From Ascidiella aspersa (lineage: Eukaryota): 64,000 nt of DNA. The translations under genes and the position numbers were made by a program. This document shows, one piece after another, positions 10,741 through 23,500 of this stretch. Within the stretch, counting starts at the first letter, position 1; every line of letters starts with the position of its first letter. The notes under the pieces were generated by a model. The model saw only the letters and a list, made by a program, of their open reading frames with translations. It searched no databases and was not told the origin of the DNA. The stretch is taken from contig OZ004612.1 in NCBI GenBank assembly GCA_963924565.1, positions 8,618,001 to 8,682,000 on the forward strand. Reading direction: 5' to 3'.

Positions 10741-11804
10741 CGCCAGCGACTCTTGTGTAAATGGCGTCGTTTATCAAAATATGCGTTTTAATGCTGTAGA
10801 TTACCTCGTTTTTGAGGCCCGAAGTATTGGGTGAGTGGTAGCGTCGTTTCAATTTTGTTGTTTGTTTCAAATCGCGCTCACCCACGTTGTATATAGTATA
10901 CAAAGTGTTTTTACCTATATTTTCGTTACACGTATTACTTAAAGCCCGTTAGAACAATCATTAATCCGTGAACACAACTGCGACACGCGAAATACAAGTT
11001 TGCAATAGAACAGTGTTTCTCAACCGGAGTGTACGGACTCATTTAAGTTCGTTTAATGTTCTAGGTGAGTCAGCTCCTTTACTGCTTATTTCACCCGTGA
11101 CATTTGGCGCCGAAGACAATCATTACTCTTCTGTTGACCGTAGATTTTCTTGTCGTGTTTTGTGCATGCTTTAGTATTGCTATTTTAGCATGTCGGGAGT
11201 AACCGTTGCACATAAACACGCGTTATCCCGAAAGGTTCATGTGTTTTTTCAGTTTTAAACATACAATCGCCCCTGACTTGCTCTGCTTGAGTTTTGTTTT
11301 TTGCACAATTATCACGTTCTCGAACTAGCCGTGTAGAAAAAACCACACAGAGTACGGGTATAATATGAAGCGACCCCGAATGTGAAATACAATGAAAAAA
11401 ACAAACACATTTGTTAAATTCATAGCATGTTGTTGTACGATACCAGCTGCTTAGTTGAAGTAAGTTACCACACCAGAGGTTTTGCTTAATTTTTATTAGC
11501 ACATGTGGTTTATAAGGTAAATGAGCAATAGGCGTGTTTAATCTTAAAACTTTGCCGCATGCAAGTTACAGAGTTTGGTGTACGGCAATTTAATTCACAG
11601 ACAACTCAAACCGAAAAACTTGTCAAATAAAAACGCTCAAGTAAAATAACTCTAAAATAGTTGGGTGCTGAATAAAAGTAAAAACGATCAAGGATCCGGT
11701 TAAAAGTCAATCGTCCCTCGCTGAGCAGCAACGCACTTTGCTGGACCACCGTCCAAGAATTTCCTAAACACTGGTTTAAGCCGGTTCCACTCAATGACGT
11801 CACG

Positions 11805-14800
11805 TCACGTGGCACTGGAACCTTCTCCCGCCTCTTGGCGCTTTTTCTCCTGGGCTCGCTTGAGTCGCATTAGAACCGCGAGTTCGAAATCCTCGCCGTC
11901 GTCGCCGCGACCGCTAGACGGTGGAAAAGAGGTGGGTGCGGTCTGTGAATAAAAAGGTCAGGTTTACTTTAAAATTTCAAACTATTTTATCATGAACCAC
12001 TCAATATTCCGGTCTTCTTGTCTTGTTCTGCAAACTAGTTAAAAAAGTTTTTTAATAGAACAACAATAAACTATAGCAGGAAATGACACGGTTTGTTTGA
12101 GGTTTCTATACTTAACGGTTTACAGTTTAAACCTAAGCGTTAAGTTTGGTCTGGGCTTAAGAACTAGGTACAATGTTCGCTATAGTGCAGTCTCACCACA
12201 TTTTACTACCTTAGATGAAGAACCAGTGGACAGTTATTTGCGACAGTCACTTGTCAATTCACAAATAGTAAACCTAGTTATTTGTTTACATCTCCCCGAC
12301 CATTTAAACAAAAGTCGTGTAGTAAGTATGATAATCATCTTACAATTGGCCAAACCAAGAAACACAACTTTATAAATCGTTTTCATGTGTCAAAACGGCA
12401 TAGGGCCACGAATGCGCTCGCCTTCTACAATAGAAACACCAGTACACCCCGTTGCACCAGTCAGCCCAGTCGGTGTACAAAGGCAACATATCAATATCTA
12501 GCGTAAAATATCGTCAATAAGTCCAACGTTCGATGTCCAAAAATAACCGAGGAAGCTTTGAACTATGATCAATCGTTTTCATATCCGCAAGTATAAATGA
12601 GATTCGTTGCGAATCAGGCCACACAATGCGTTTTTTAAAAAAAGAGCACCCATCCAAAGCGGCGACTGGTCAAAGATTACTGTCACTACCAAAGGTTGCG
12701 AGCACATTCCGGAACGAGCTTGTAAACGATCAAAAATATCGAATCGCGACCTTTTCCGGAAAGTCCTCCGCGAAAGGGCGAAAGGCCAGGCCCTCAACTG
12801 TAAGGACGCATCACCTTGAACGCAGCGAACAATAATTGAGCGCGAATCGCATAAACAGATTTGTTTACGAGCGCACTTGCCGGGAGTTTGAAAGGTCAGT
12901 GCTCCCTGAAAAATCTGCCCCGGGCGGCTTTGGCGGATCGACAGCGAGCTGACCACTGCACAAACCGGTGTGGGGATTAGGCCGACTTGAGCAGTTTAAC
13001 AAATCATAGAGTTTACAAGCTGAGTGTGCCAATATTATGCCCGGAAATTATTCAAGTTTAAAAGTGTTCCTTACGGAGGTTCTACAAGCACTTTAATGAA
13101 TATACTATGATCAAGTACAACTATGATTTTTTTTAATAATTAGTCACGTCATGAATTAATTATTCTAAGGAGTTTGAAAGATATTACAACAAAAAAACGA
13201 CGTTTTCGCACTCCATTTATTCAACTTTATTTATCGCTCCCGAAAAGATTATGAAATAACAATCAAGAAAAATTGTATCAAATAAATCGACGATTTTGTA
13301 GCGGACTCGCGGTGCAAATGTCTGTTTTCGACGGCTAACTGCACACGATCAATTAATATGACGTCACGCGTAACGTAGCTGACGATCGTGCTGACGCATC
13401 TGATCGACCCAGAACATATGGCAACGAGTAAACGAATTTACAAGGTTTCCAACTCTGATGAGAAAAGCTCCGGAATAAAAATACACAAGTTTTCAACCAA
13501 TGAAAGACATACACAAATATGTGTTTATTAACAACTGTTGTCTAGCCCCACTGAAGCTGCTTTTTGACCAACAATTGTAAGTTTAATTCAATATTATCAT
13601 CCAGAAAGAGGCTGATTGTGGTTGAAATTATTTTCACGTGTAGTGTATAGCCGTCCGTTCCGCTAATTCTATTATAGCACTGTAAGGTCCAAGAACAACA
13701 CACACGGCATTGCGTGGCGCGCGGAGGAATTGCATCAAAGGTTCAACGAATTGCACCAAAGGTACGCAGGTAAAAAGCGCAATCTTCGAGGTGCCGTCGA
13801 CATAATGCCTTGCGTAAATGCAAAAAGAATAGGCGGAAAGAAAGCAAAATGCAGGCGGCTCAAAGCACACAAGCACAGGCATAAGAAGTGGCCGCAGCCG
13901 CCGGCGCTTGCTCTCCTCAGGCCGAGACAGTTGCCCTTCTGTCCGCTGTGGTCGGTTTCCTCCTGGACTGTGTACCGCATAAACGCCCATGCGAAGCTTT
14001 CTGCCGCCTATTTTATGCAAGGGCGGGTTTGTGTGCTATTGGACCGGGCTCCTTGAAGGGCGGACGATTTTTTACCATGTCAGGGTTAAAACTTTCTCTA
14101 TACTCTTTGTGATCCAAGGTAGGTTAGAAAACGTGCCTTTAAGGCGCCAAGCGAACTGGGAAAGAAAAATCGTTGTGGCTGAAAGTGGGTCATGTGACGT
14201 CAAGAACCTTCAAAAATCGTTACAATGCCACTCCGAACGCTTGTTTTGACCATTTTTTCATGTCTAAATTAATTATCAAACTGTCTTCGTTTTCGGGTTA
14301 CCTTCCCAGACTTCCCGGCCCTTGGTACGTGGTCAAATGCATCATTTTTAGATGCCTCGTTTTTTAAGTTTTTCTACTGAAGACAGAAAATACGACTGTT
14401 ATAATCAAAACTAAAAATGGCCACTTCAAATTCATGGGGGCATTACATTAAAAAATCAACATCTTCTATCTATGCGGATTGATCATTTTTCCAAGAGCTC
14501 TTTTAAAATAGAGAATATGGTCCGCAGGCACCCTCGGATTTTTTAACATGAGTTCGCCACAAAATCACAGTCTTTACGGCAGTTTTCGTCGCAAATTGTC
14601 AACTTTTTGACGGCGAACAGTGATTCCGTTTAGTCTGTAGGTCGCTGTCAAGCAGTAACACTTTCTAATTCTGAGAATTCTGTTTCGTAGGAATAGCAGC
14701 TTTGTGAATGCAGTCAGAAAAACACGGCGTTATAATTACCGCCAAGAACAACAACAAGTGACCAAAACAATATCGGTAAATAACCGATTTCACCGAACGA

Positions 14801-17800
14801 TGGTTCGTCATCACAGCGTTTATAAGTTAACCGGGCAAAAGTGTTTTCGCGTCGGCGCCATTAGTCGTAAAGGAAGGGGTGACTCAACTTGAAAAATCCA
14901 CGAAAGCTGGTAGAACGGTCATCGGTGGAAAATTTTAAACCGAGCAACTTACAACGATGCAGGGCCGAGATAGAGCAGACCTCTATATCTAGTTACCTTA
15001 AAAGCAAAATGCGCTCGACAAAAACGGTATGACGCGTCTGTTGGCACGAAATTTCAGCACGGAGTTTAGCCAGGAATCATCCACAGCTTTGGGTGCTCAT
15101 TACGCTTTTAGAAACTCGGTCCATTCTCCTCACGTTCTCGCAATTTCACGCCAGCCAGGCTCCGTTTGCGTTTTTACGGCCAATTCCGGCACGTAGAAAT
15201 GTGGCAGCTTTTTGTTGTTGACTTTGCGGTTTGAAACCGAAGGCTGCAGAATATTTTCTGCATTACGCCGAGGGAGTGGGGTTACATATAAAAATGATAT
15301 ATGTGCTGGTGTACCAGAGAATTGCAAAATGGGGTGACTTGGATATCCCGAAACAAAAGAAAAATTAAAGAAAAAATTAAAAAAAAAAAAAATTAAAAAA
15401 ACTTAATACGATTTTTGTGTTGCTGGATATACCTCTACACTTGGAAAAGGGGATTCATTACTTAAAGCTATATGCTGTTGTATTTTTGACAGTTAACCAG
15501 ACAGCTTTACCTAAATGGTTTCTATTTGTAGACCCTGAACATAAACGAATTGAATGGTTTGTGATAATATGATTGGACTGTTCACATGATTACATTTAAT
15601 TGATTTGCTTATACTAGATTTGGCATCCTATGTTCAGTGAATAGTTTGTAGGATAATGTGATTTAAATGGTAGATAAACATTAATCCTACAGTGTTTTCT
15701 TAATTTTGCTTGTTAAAAACAAAGTGGTTCTTAACTTTAAGGAAGCACGAAAGCTCATTCTTATTTTAAAATATGAGGGGGTCGTTCAAGCAAAGCTTAA
15801 TAACCACTGGCGTATAGCGTCCGTTTCATTCGTCCAAGCCTAACAACTTGATGTTTACGAGTCTTGTCTCGAGTTCAATCGAGAACGCTATAGAAACGAG
15901 TTTGCTGCAACACGATGGGGGAGAAAATAGCGCCCGGCGTCGGCGATAATGCAAAAAACAACGATCTGATAATCTTATCGGGCGACCAAAGAATATTAGC
16001 GGCCAGCTAACGACTAGGCGTGGAAGACATAATGGAATGAAGGGTGTACATGAGGCCCGCGAAAAACATATTCACCTCAAGCAATCAACGTCCTTATTTA
16101 GACCGAAAGGTGGTCTTCTATGTACGGAATGCGTTAGATTAAATCACAAGTAAGCACGTTTTCAAGCGATTATTTTATGCTTGTTGGCAATTGGACTATT
16201 TTTAGCAAAGTGTAGATCAATACACCTGATAAATATTTGTTTGTTAACATTTTGCAGTAAAAAAAATCGCTGCCTTGGTAGCGAAAAATAGTCAACAAAT
16301 ATGCAGTGTATTACCCAACTATAGAATCGCAATAATATAATTGTTTTTTTGTAAAAGTAGCTTTGCGACACTACTGGATAAAAACGTGTATCGGGAAACT
16401 TCACAAATCAAAAACACAGTATCCGTGATTAAGCTGTCGCGAAGCCGTCTCTTGAGCAACTGTGATACTTTCGCAAGCAAAGAAAATTGATAAAATATGT
16501 CATTATTGATTGTTAAGGCAAACACCATTTTTTAATATGCTGCGTTTCAGAGAATAAATTTTTATTGCTTAAAGCAGTGGTTTTTAAACTCTGCTTCGCC
16601 GCGCCCTGGTGCGTCGTTTGAATTTTTAAGGGCGTCGCGCAAAGATTCTGTTTTGCATCTAAACAATAATGCGCTAAATAAAGGGCCAAGCGCGTTCGAA
16701 TTCATTGTTTCAACAAAACTGCGCCAATAGATGTTGATTTTATGGTACAGTATGTGAATGAACGACTACAAATAAGTAAAATTGCTATTGCTGAGTGCGT
16801 CGGGCGTCGGTATCATATTAAAAAACGTTTTCGAAGGCGTCGCAAGACAAAAATTTGAGAACCACTGGCGTAAAGTAAACGGTCGGTGGCGATCGTGAAA
16901 CGTAACCAACGCAAAATGCCGCGAATATTTTGCAACGCGTTGTCAAACCGGAGCTTCAAGCACCAGCTATCACACGGCGCAGCGAAAATGCCGCCCTGAA
17001 AAAATAAAAACACACCGCGACAACATACCAAGCAGTTGTGAGCCGATGGGATTCGGGTATAAATTTAGAAAATGCCGTGCTGGCCTTTCTGCAACAACAG
17101 ACGCCGCTCGCGACAGTGTGAACCACGCACATTCTTAGCGTTCTGAAAAGCCAATTACGGCGTCGCTGTTGTTGCCGCGACACGCGACGTTCGCATTTAG
17201 GAGGCGTGCGACTCGCGACTGGCGACACGCCGCCTATAGGTGTAGCGACTGTAGCGGTTTTGTTGGTGCAAGGGTTACCTTATTAGATTTCGCGTGCACC
17301 AAGAAGAAAACGAGAGAAATTGTGGAGGATTCGCGAACACATTTATTAGCACTTTATCGATTTCGGACATATTGCTACTTAATAAGTAACCTTAGACCGG
17401 GGGCTATCAAACTTTTTTTAGCTGCGTACCTGTTCGATTTATCTGTATGTAGAAAAGAAATTAAAAACAACAAACTAAAGAATTAAAAACAACAAACTTG
17501 TGTTTTTTAGGGTACAGTTCCAGAAAAATAAAACTTGCTCGCGTACCCTCAAAATTTCTTTCGCGTACCCCAGTTTGAGAAACCTTGCCGTAGACTGTAA
17601 AATAATATATAATTGTAATGTATATGTGCAAACAAATCAAGGGGCTAAGTTCTGTAAACGGGGTATGCTCACATACGAGTTTAGAGAGGGGTACGTAACT
17701 AAAAAAAAACTCTTAAACGAGATGGGGATACAAGCCGAAATTTTTCAAAGAAGGCATGTTTTTATTTACGCTGGGTGGCGCTACGGCGCATTGAGTCAAT

Positions 17801-20541
17801 TTTAATACACATTTGGTAACTATAACTGCATTGGCCCAGCAAACGTTATAAAACCATATACCCAGTTTGTGTGTTGTTGTTTCAGCACACGACTGTTTGC
17901 CCTTGTATTGGGGTTGGGGTGGGTAATTGATAGGGTTAAATTTTCGGTTAGTTGGAGTTAAAAGGTTGTTTCGATCTCATTCTGTCCGTTGAGGTCAAAT
18001 TCCGATGGGGTTACGTCTCATTAGATTTAGACCTTATTCCGTTCATGAGATATTAGTCCTCTTTTGGTCTTATTTAAAATTGTATTTTATGCCGACGATG
18101 ATGCTATTTTTCGGTCTTATTACTGGAGTCCAAAAAAAGTACTCGTTTTCTTATCACACATATCAAGAAATGGACAGATAGAGATCCAGTTAACAGTCCG
18201 ACCGGTCTCGTGATAAAACGTCTATTTTCGACATTTTTTGCACGCGATCAATCCCTATGACGTCAGACGTTACGTTGTCTGTCGAGTGTGCTGACGTAGA
18301 AAATCGACCGGCGCTAAACGGGAGCAATTAAAACCAAGAAGGACGAAGAAGTATACGCGTTTTTGTGACGTTTATCCTTTACGCATTGTTGAAATGTAAA
18401 AACAAAAACGAAATCTTTAAAGACCGACCTTCAAAACAGCAACGCGCAGATTTCAAATCGAGAATATAATTGCAGCACGCCCGACTTTAATTTAGCCGCA
18501 GAGTGCTGGAAAGCCCGGCGGTCGTGCTAAAATCTGAGAGGCGCGAAAACAAAGCTGTAATAATAACCGGACAATAAACGGCAATTATCCTCAAACAAAT
18601 AACACGTGCGTATTGGAATGTCACAACACCAGGTGTGTTTCGCGGAACGAAGGCTGTTCGCAAAGATTTCGATAATTGTCTGAAATTGCTTTAAAGAGAT
18701 TGGAAATTTGGTCGATACAGCATTTTAAATTCTAGTATTTCGAGCTGGTAAACAGGTTGCTCTTAACTAGGTTTTTGCGTTTAGCTTGGAAATTTGGTTG
18801 ATACACCACTTTGCGTTCTAGGATTTCGAGCAGGTAAACAAGTTGCTCTTAACTAGATTTTTGCGTTTAGCCCTCCTTTCACACGGGCGGTTTAAAACGG
18901 TGTGCAGGATTGCCATACAAGTTTAACAAGCAAAATGCAATCTTTTTTACGAAACCAAAAGTCGCATATAAAGTTCTTTGCCCGGATCATTTTAGTGTCA
19001 TTATCTCCAGCTATTTGTTTCTCTATAAAACCGTGTGAATTTCAAAGCAATGGCGCAAATATATTGCCAGCGATATTCGAGCCCCCACCAGGTGCGGAGT
19101 GACCTTGGGGGCGATCCGTCAAGGTCAAAAAACGCGCGCTGTTTGCCGGATGGGGTTCCGATATATATTGGCATAGCGTGAAACGGAATAGATGACAAAT
19201 CACTATAGCTATAGTGGCTTTTTTAATTTGATGCTTGGCCGGATTCGAGATATGGTCTGCTGGCGACAAAAGAACTCTGAGAATGATGTTATTTTGCGTC
19301 GCTACACAAACACGCGAATTTCGGTTAGCTTGAATATCGCTTTATGACTGGACGTTTTTGACAGTAATAAGCAAAGAAAACAATCAGTTATATATTTATT
19401 TTCGAAATGTCGTTACGGTATAGCACAATAGGTTATTTTGTAGATTAAGATTCGCCAACCACTTTAGAATTGTATGGAGTACGTGAAGGCCCAATATATA
19501 TAAAAAATATTGATTTTTCGTATCAAAAAAATAAATTAAAAACGACTTCGTGTTTACGAGGTTACTATAAACCCTGTTAACACACCTAGGTTTCATGCAG
19601 CAATGTTGAATACAAAAATATATTCATTTGCTTACCAAACTACCAATATGATAAACTATCTAACTATCTAAAATAATAAACATGGTTTTACCTATTGAGT
19701 TATTGATACAGCGATTCAGTTATTTATACATAATTTTGTCTTAGATTAAGAACAAATAAGGTCGTTGCAAACCGAAAACAAAAATTCCAGGGGTTTGTGC
19801 TCACTGTTCAAAACCCTGCCCTTGATTGTGTCGTTTGTGTAACGTAAAGCACCTCCATTTGTGAAAAAACATGTAGGACGGATTTGGTGTGCAATTTCGC
19901 GAAACAAAAAAACTTCCCGCCGCAGAAACAAAGATAGTCGAAGTTGTGCACGATTGACGACACGACTAAATATCACAAGTCACCCTTGCTTTGTGCGAGG
20001 AAACTCCCTGCCATGTCACTGCTTCGAAACTCGGTCCTTTTGAGGGCTAAAGAAGTCGCACCAAAGGGCAATCGCACAGGTTAAGCCGAAAAGCAACCAG
20101 CAACAGTCGAAAAAAACTGCATATTTTCGCATAATTAGCAACTCTCTCCAGGACGCGAAAAGACAACTGCAAATAAAATAGTCAACCCATAATTGCACCT
20201 GTTTTAATCCGTAGAGACCCAAAACCCTATTTTTACCAAAGCATACACGATCCTAATATCCCGTCAATCATATTTACATTTCCGCGCTTTTTCCAACCCC
20301 AGTTATTTCCTCGGGATGTTAGAACCACCTCACCTTAACCACCATGGTCTTCGCAAAAGCAAAGTGGCCGTGCAACAACAATAACGACAACAAAGGAATG
20401 TAGCCAAGTGCAAGGGCAATTAGGCGCCTCGGTGAGAACCAACGAGCCCTTAAATACAGCCCAAACTACACTAGCATCAACAGCAGCGGTATGTAGCTAC
20501 AAGTCCTCGCAAGGGCCATTAGGCAAGAGGGAACCATACAT
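11805..20541 (-). CDS. putative spliced gene for a small secreted or signal-anchored protein; best exons 20540-20541 (AT), 20334-20448, [14302-14373], 11805-11942
   Basis: Exon 20448-20334 (atttaag acceptor, AAG|GTGAGG donor) reads ARWFSPRRLIALALGYIPLLSLLLLHGHFAFAKTMVVK. Terminal exon 11942-11805 (tttttattcacag acceptor) reads TAPTSFPPSSGRGDDGEDFELAVLMRLKRAQEKKRQEAGEGSSAT*. Minus-strand AATAAA near 11492-11497. The start codon and internal exons are uncertain, and no homologue was recognised. Confidence 0.5.
13350..13410. promoter_or_regulatory. CRE/ATF motif cluster
   Basis: TGACGTCA at 13359 followed by TGACG half-sites at ~13380 and ~13393 within 45 bp. Confidence 0.45.
15721..15809. mobile_element. 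short degenerate hAT MITE
   Basis: Ends AAGTGGTTCTTAAC / TTAATAACCACTG resemble the other CAGTGGTTCTCAA-type elements; no clean TSD. Confidence 0.4.
16575..16867. mobile_element. hAT (Charlie-type) MITE
   Basis: TIR CAGTGGTTTTTAAA / TTTGAGAACCACTG; TSD GCTTAAAG / GCGTAAAG (7/8); GGCGTCGC subterminal repeats. Confidence 0.8.
17398..17587. mobile_element. hAT MITE
   Basis: Ends CGGGGGCTATCAAACT / AGTTTGAGAAACCTTG; TSD CCTTAGAC / CCGTAGAC (7/8); GCGTACCC repeats. Confidence 0.75.
18700..18871. repeat. tandem duplication, ~86-bp unit x2
   Basis: TGGAAATTTGGT.GATACA...TTGCTCTTAACTAG.TTTTTGCGTTTAGC is repeated twice. Confidence 0.85.
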
Positions 20542-23500
20542 GAGAAAAAAACAAACGAGCGTCGCTTACTGGCGGATTAAATAAGACAACACGCGGCGCA
20601 CGCGATCGTTTCGAGTTTCGAGTTAAAGAACAAGGCCCCAGCGCCCTCAACCCCCTGGGCGCTCGAATAGGGGCCGACCCCGCATTGCATTGGGTTACCC
20701 ATGATTACCCAGAGTATCGTGTGCAATGCACTTCGTTGCTTCAGGGCGAATATACCTATCGGCTAAGTTGACGAACAATGAATGATCAAGGCCGCATGCA
20801 TTTTTTCGAAATGTTACGTTACAAATGCAGACGTTTGAATTATAACAATGCGTTTTTTCCATTGTTAAAAAGCGAAATTTTATCGAGAATGAGTATTTGT
20901 GTTATACCATTTGCGTAAACTATGGCAACATACTTAAAGAAGTGGTCACATAATTTGTTCAAATAGTAGAAAAAGAGCTTTACGTTTTAAAGCGGCCAGT
21001 ATAACTGCCCACTGCCCAACTTTGGCAGTCGATCAAAATCCTTCGCCCTAAGTCGCTCGCAAACGTTTTCGCAACCGTTTGACCTTTTGCTGTTTACCAA
21101 ACAAGTTAGGCCTAGGGGGCTAATCTGCCATAGAGAACAAACACAGCGAACGGCACATAAGGACCAGGTGGGATCTGGAAATAGCCCGGAATGTGTGACT
21201 TTGACGTGTTTGTGATGGTGATGTGTGGCGTGACTGCTGCATGGCTTTGTGCAGAGAAATACGCTGCTGCTGTTTCTCAAGTGGCTACAAGGCAAGGTCA
21301 TGTATGCACATTTCGAAATGTCGAGTTTACACTGTTTTTTGACCGAGATTACACTGTTTTTTGACCAAAAGGACCTACTGTTAAATTATTCCCCGTAAGT
21401 TCGTTATATGTGTTGCGATATTTTAGGCGTATTTTGTGGTATTTAAGGTTGAACTGTATCTCTCATATATTAGGTAACAAATCTTCACGGATCAATGTTG
21501 GTAAGCAATACACAGCAGGAAATGAAGGGCCAGAATAGTGTATTTTTTATCAAACACCCTGAAAGAGGAAGTTTAAGCATTCTTGACGTCCATTCTTAAC
21601 ATTGGGACAATGGGAGGATTGTCACAGAATTCGAGAATGGCCTGACAAAAATAGGCGAGACGCCCAATAAACAACCCATGGCAAAACTATGTGGAAAGCA
21701 ATCGAACTTACATCAAGGGACGTATACGTGGACCGTCTATATTTAGTCTGACACAAGATATCTCCGTGTACCAGCAAACAGCTTGGCCTTAAAGGTCGCC
21801 AACTGTAACGGAGAAGCTGTCTCACTGTTGAGAGGCAAAACTTTGCCTGTTTATTGCAAATAGCGTGTAATGCAGACTTGTTGATTAGAGTTGATTTCCA
21901 GCTGATAAACTCACAGCACATTTAATTTCGGGGTAAAAGCAGTAGCCTGGAGTTCAAGTGTGTACTTTAAAAACAACGCTTAAGTAAATCTCCCAGTAAC
22001 ATTGTTTTCATATTGTGTGCACATTTAACCATTGTGACTATGTTGCTATAAGCATACGTTAAATAGAAATAATTTCGATTTTCCTGAATCACCCTATCTT
22101 TATACAATTTTATAACAACGACTTAAACAGGTTATAAGTAAAAGATACAATCGATTGTGCAATCAGCATTATGTCGAATTAATGTTTAACAAGTTAGACT
22201 CCAACGAGTAAGGTTTTCTTCTTACGCTTGCATCATAAGGTTCTTTAAGTATTGTTAAATTAACAGCATTTGAGGGGAATCTATACTCTAAGTAAAGGGA
22301 GATAAAATACTCAAAAGTATTTTTGTCATACTGTATCTGTTCCACGTCAATTTTTATCCATCCTGACAGCAAAAAAAAAAAAAAAAAAAAGTGAAAGCCG
22401 ATGTCTGTACACGTCTACAGCAGGATAAAAAGTTCATGGTTTGAACGTTAAGCGCTCGAAATTGAACTATCAAACTCAAAAATTGAATTTCAATTGCAAG
22501 TGCTGCCACCGGATAAAGTACATGTCCTCGTGACGTAATACATATCCTTTATGCGTCACAAACTATTCCAATCTCCCTGAAAAGAAGCAAGCTGCGTTTT
22601 GGTGACGCACATTCTTCTTACAGGAAACTTGTCCTTAGTTTCAAAGTCTCTCGATGTTTTGCAGCAAAATCTTGACATTGATTCTGACATTTAAATCATT
22701 TACAGGCAACCGTTAAAAAGGGAGTATTACATCAGTTAAGCGTACACACAGAAGTCACGAAAATTGTTCAACCTAGCAGTTTTGGTAATAAGTGTAACAG
22801 GTGCTTTAAATGAAGAAATAAAAACTATTACTAAGTATAGGCAGAGTTGCAAAACATTTAGGCAAGTACTTTTCTATATTGTATTATAAAGCTGAACGTT
22901 TTTTTTAAATGTCAAATAGGATCCGATAAACGCGTAATTTTTAAATTAATTTTCGAACCGTTGACGCAAGCAGACGTCGACGTAAATACAGATGTCGACG
23001 TAAATACATCAGACTAATTACAAAATGCGTAAATGTTCCCCACGTATGCTGTACGCGCGCAATGCTTCGACCTAAGTTCCTTAAACGGGCATTGTCGCTT
23101 CTTGGAAGGCATTACCCGAAGCGGAAACATATATCACTACGTCACAATGCTTTGTGTTGGTTTGAATTGGCCAATCGTTCTAAATGGAGCTGCAGCGTGC
23201 CCGATGCAAATCACCCAACTTTGATGTTCTTATTTGCCGTTTCATGCCAACATGGTATTGCTACCACGCTTTCTAAAGCAAGGCGCCCATTAAAAATCAT
23301 AATGTTCACAAACAGTGAAGAATTTTCATTTAACACCTTGATCTTAATGTTTGTTTATATGCAATGACATGTTTACAGGAAAGTCTTAACATTAGTTTCA
23401 TAGTTTTATTACAAACTTTAAATAACTTATCAACCGTTAGGGGTTCTTACGATGTAATTTGGCTAAAGTAGTAAGCCAACATTTGACTTTAATTCGAAGT

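Noticed and set aside
13634-14249. Cluster of 74-128 aa ORFs on both strands
   Set aside because: GC-rich intronic patch with no consistent splice sites or protein-like composition.
11805-15244. Similarity of the hidden-gene peptides to spexin (LKxAQ), PTH (LRKKL) or galanin
   Set aside because: Only 3-5 scattered residues match and the defining motifs are absent, so no family assignment is supportable.
16880-17010. Strong minus-strand acceptor followed by GGIFAAPCDSWCLKLRF...
   Set aside because: No good donor, and the frame runs into a MITE, so it cannot be supported as an exon.
20681-20735. Resemblance to miR-33 (GTGCATTG...)
   Set aside because: Only the first 8 nt match, and the stem is too short and gapped for a pre-miRNA.
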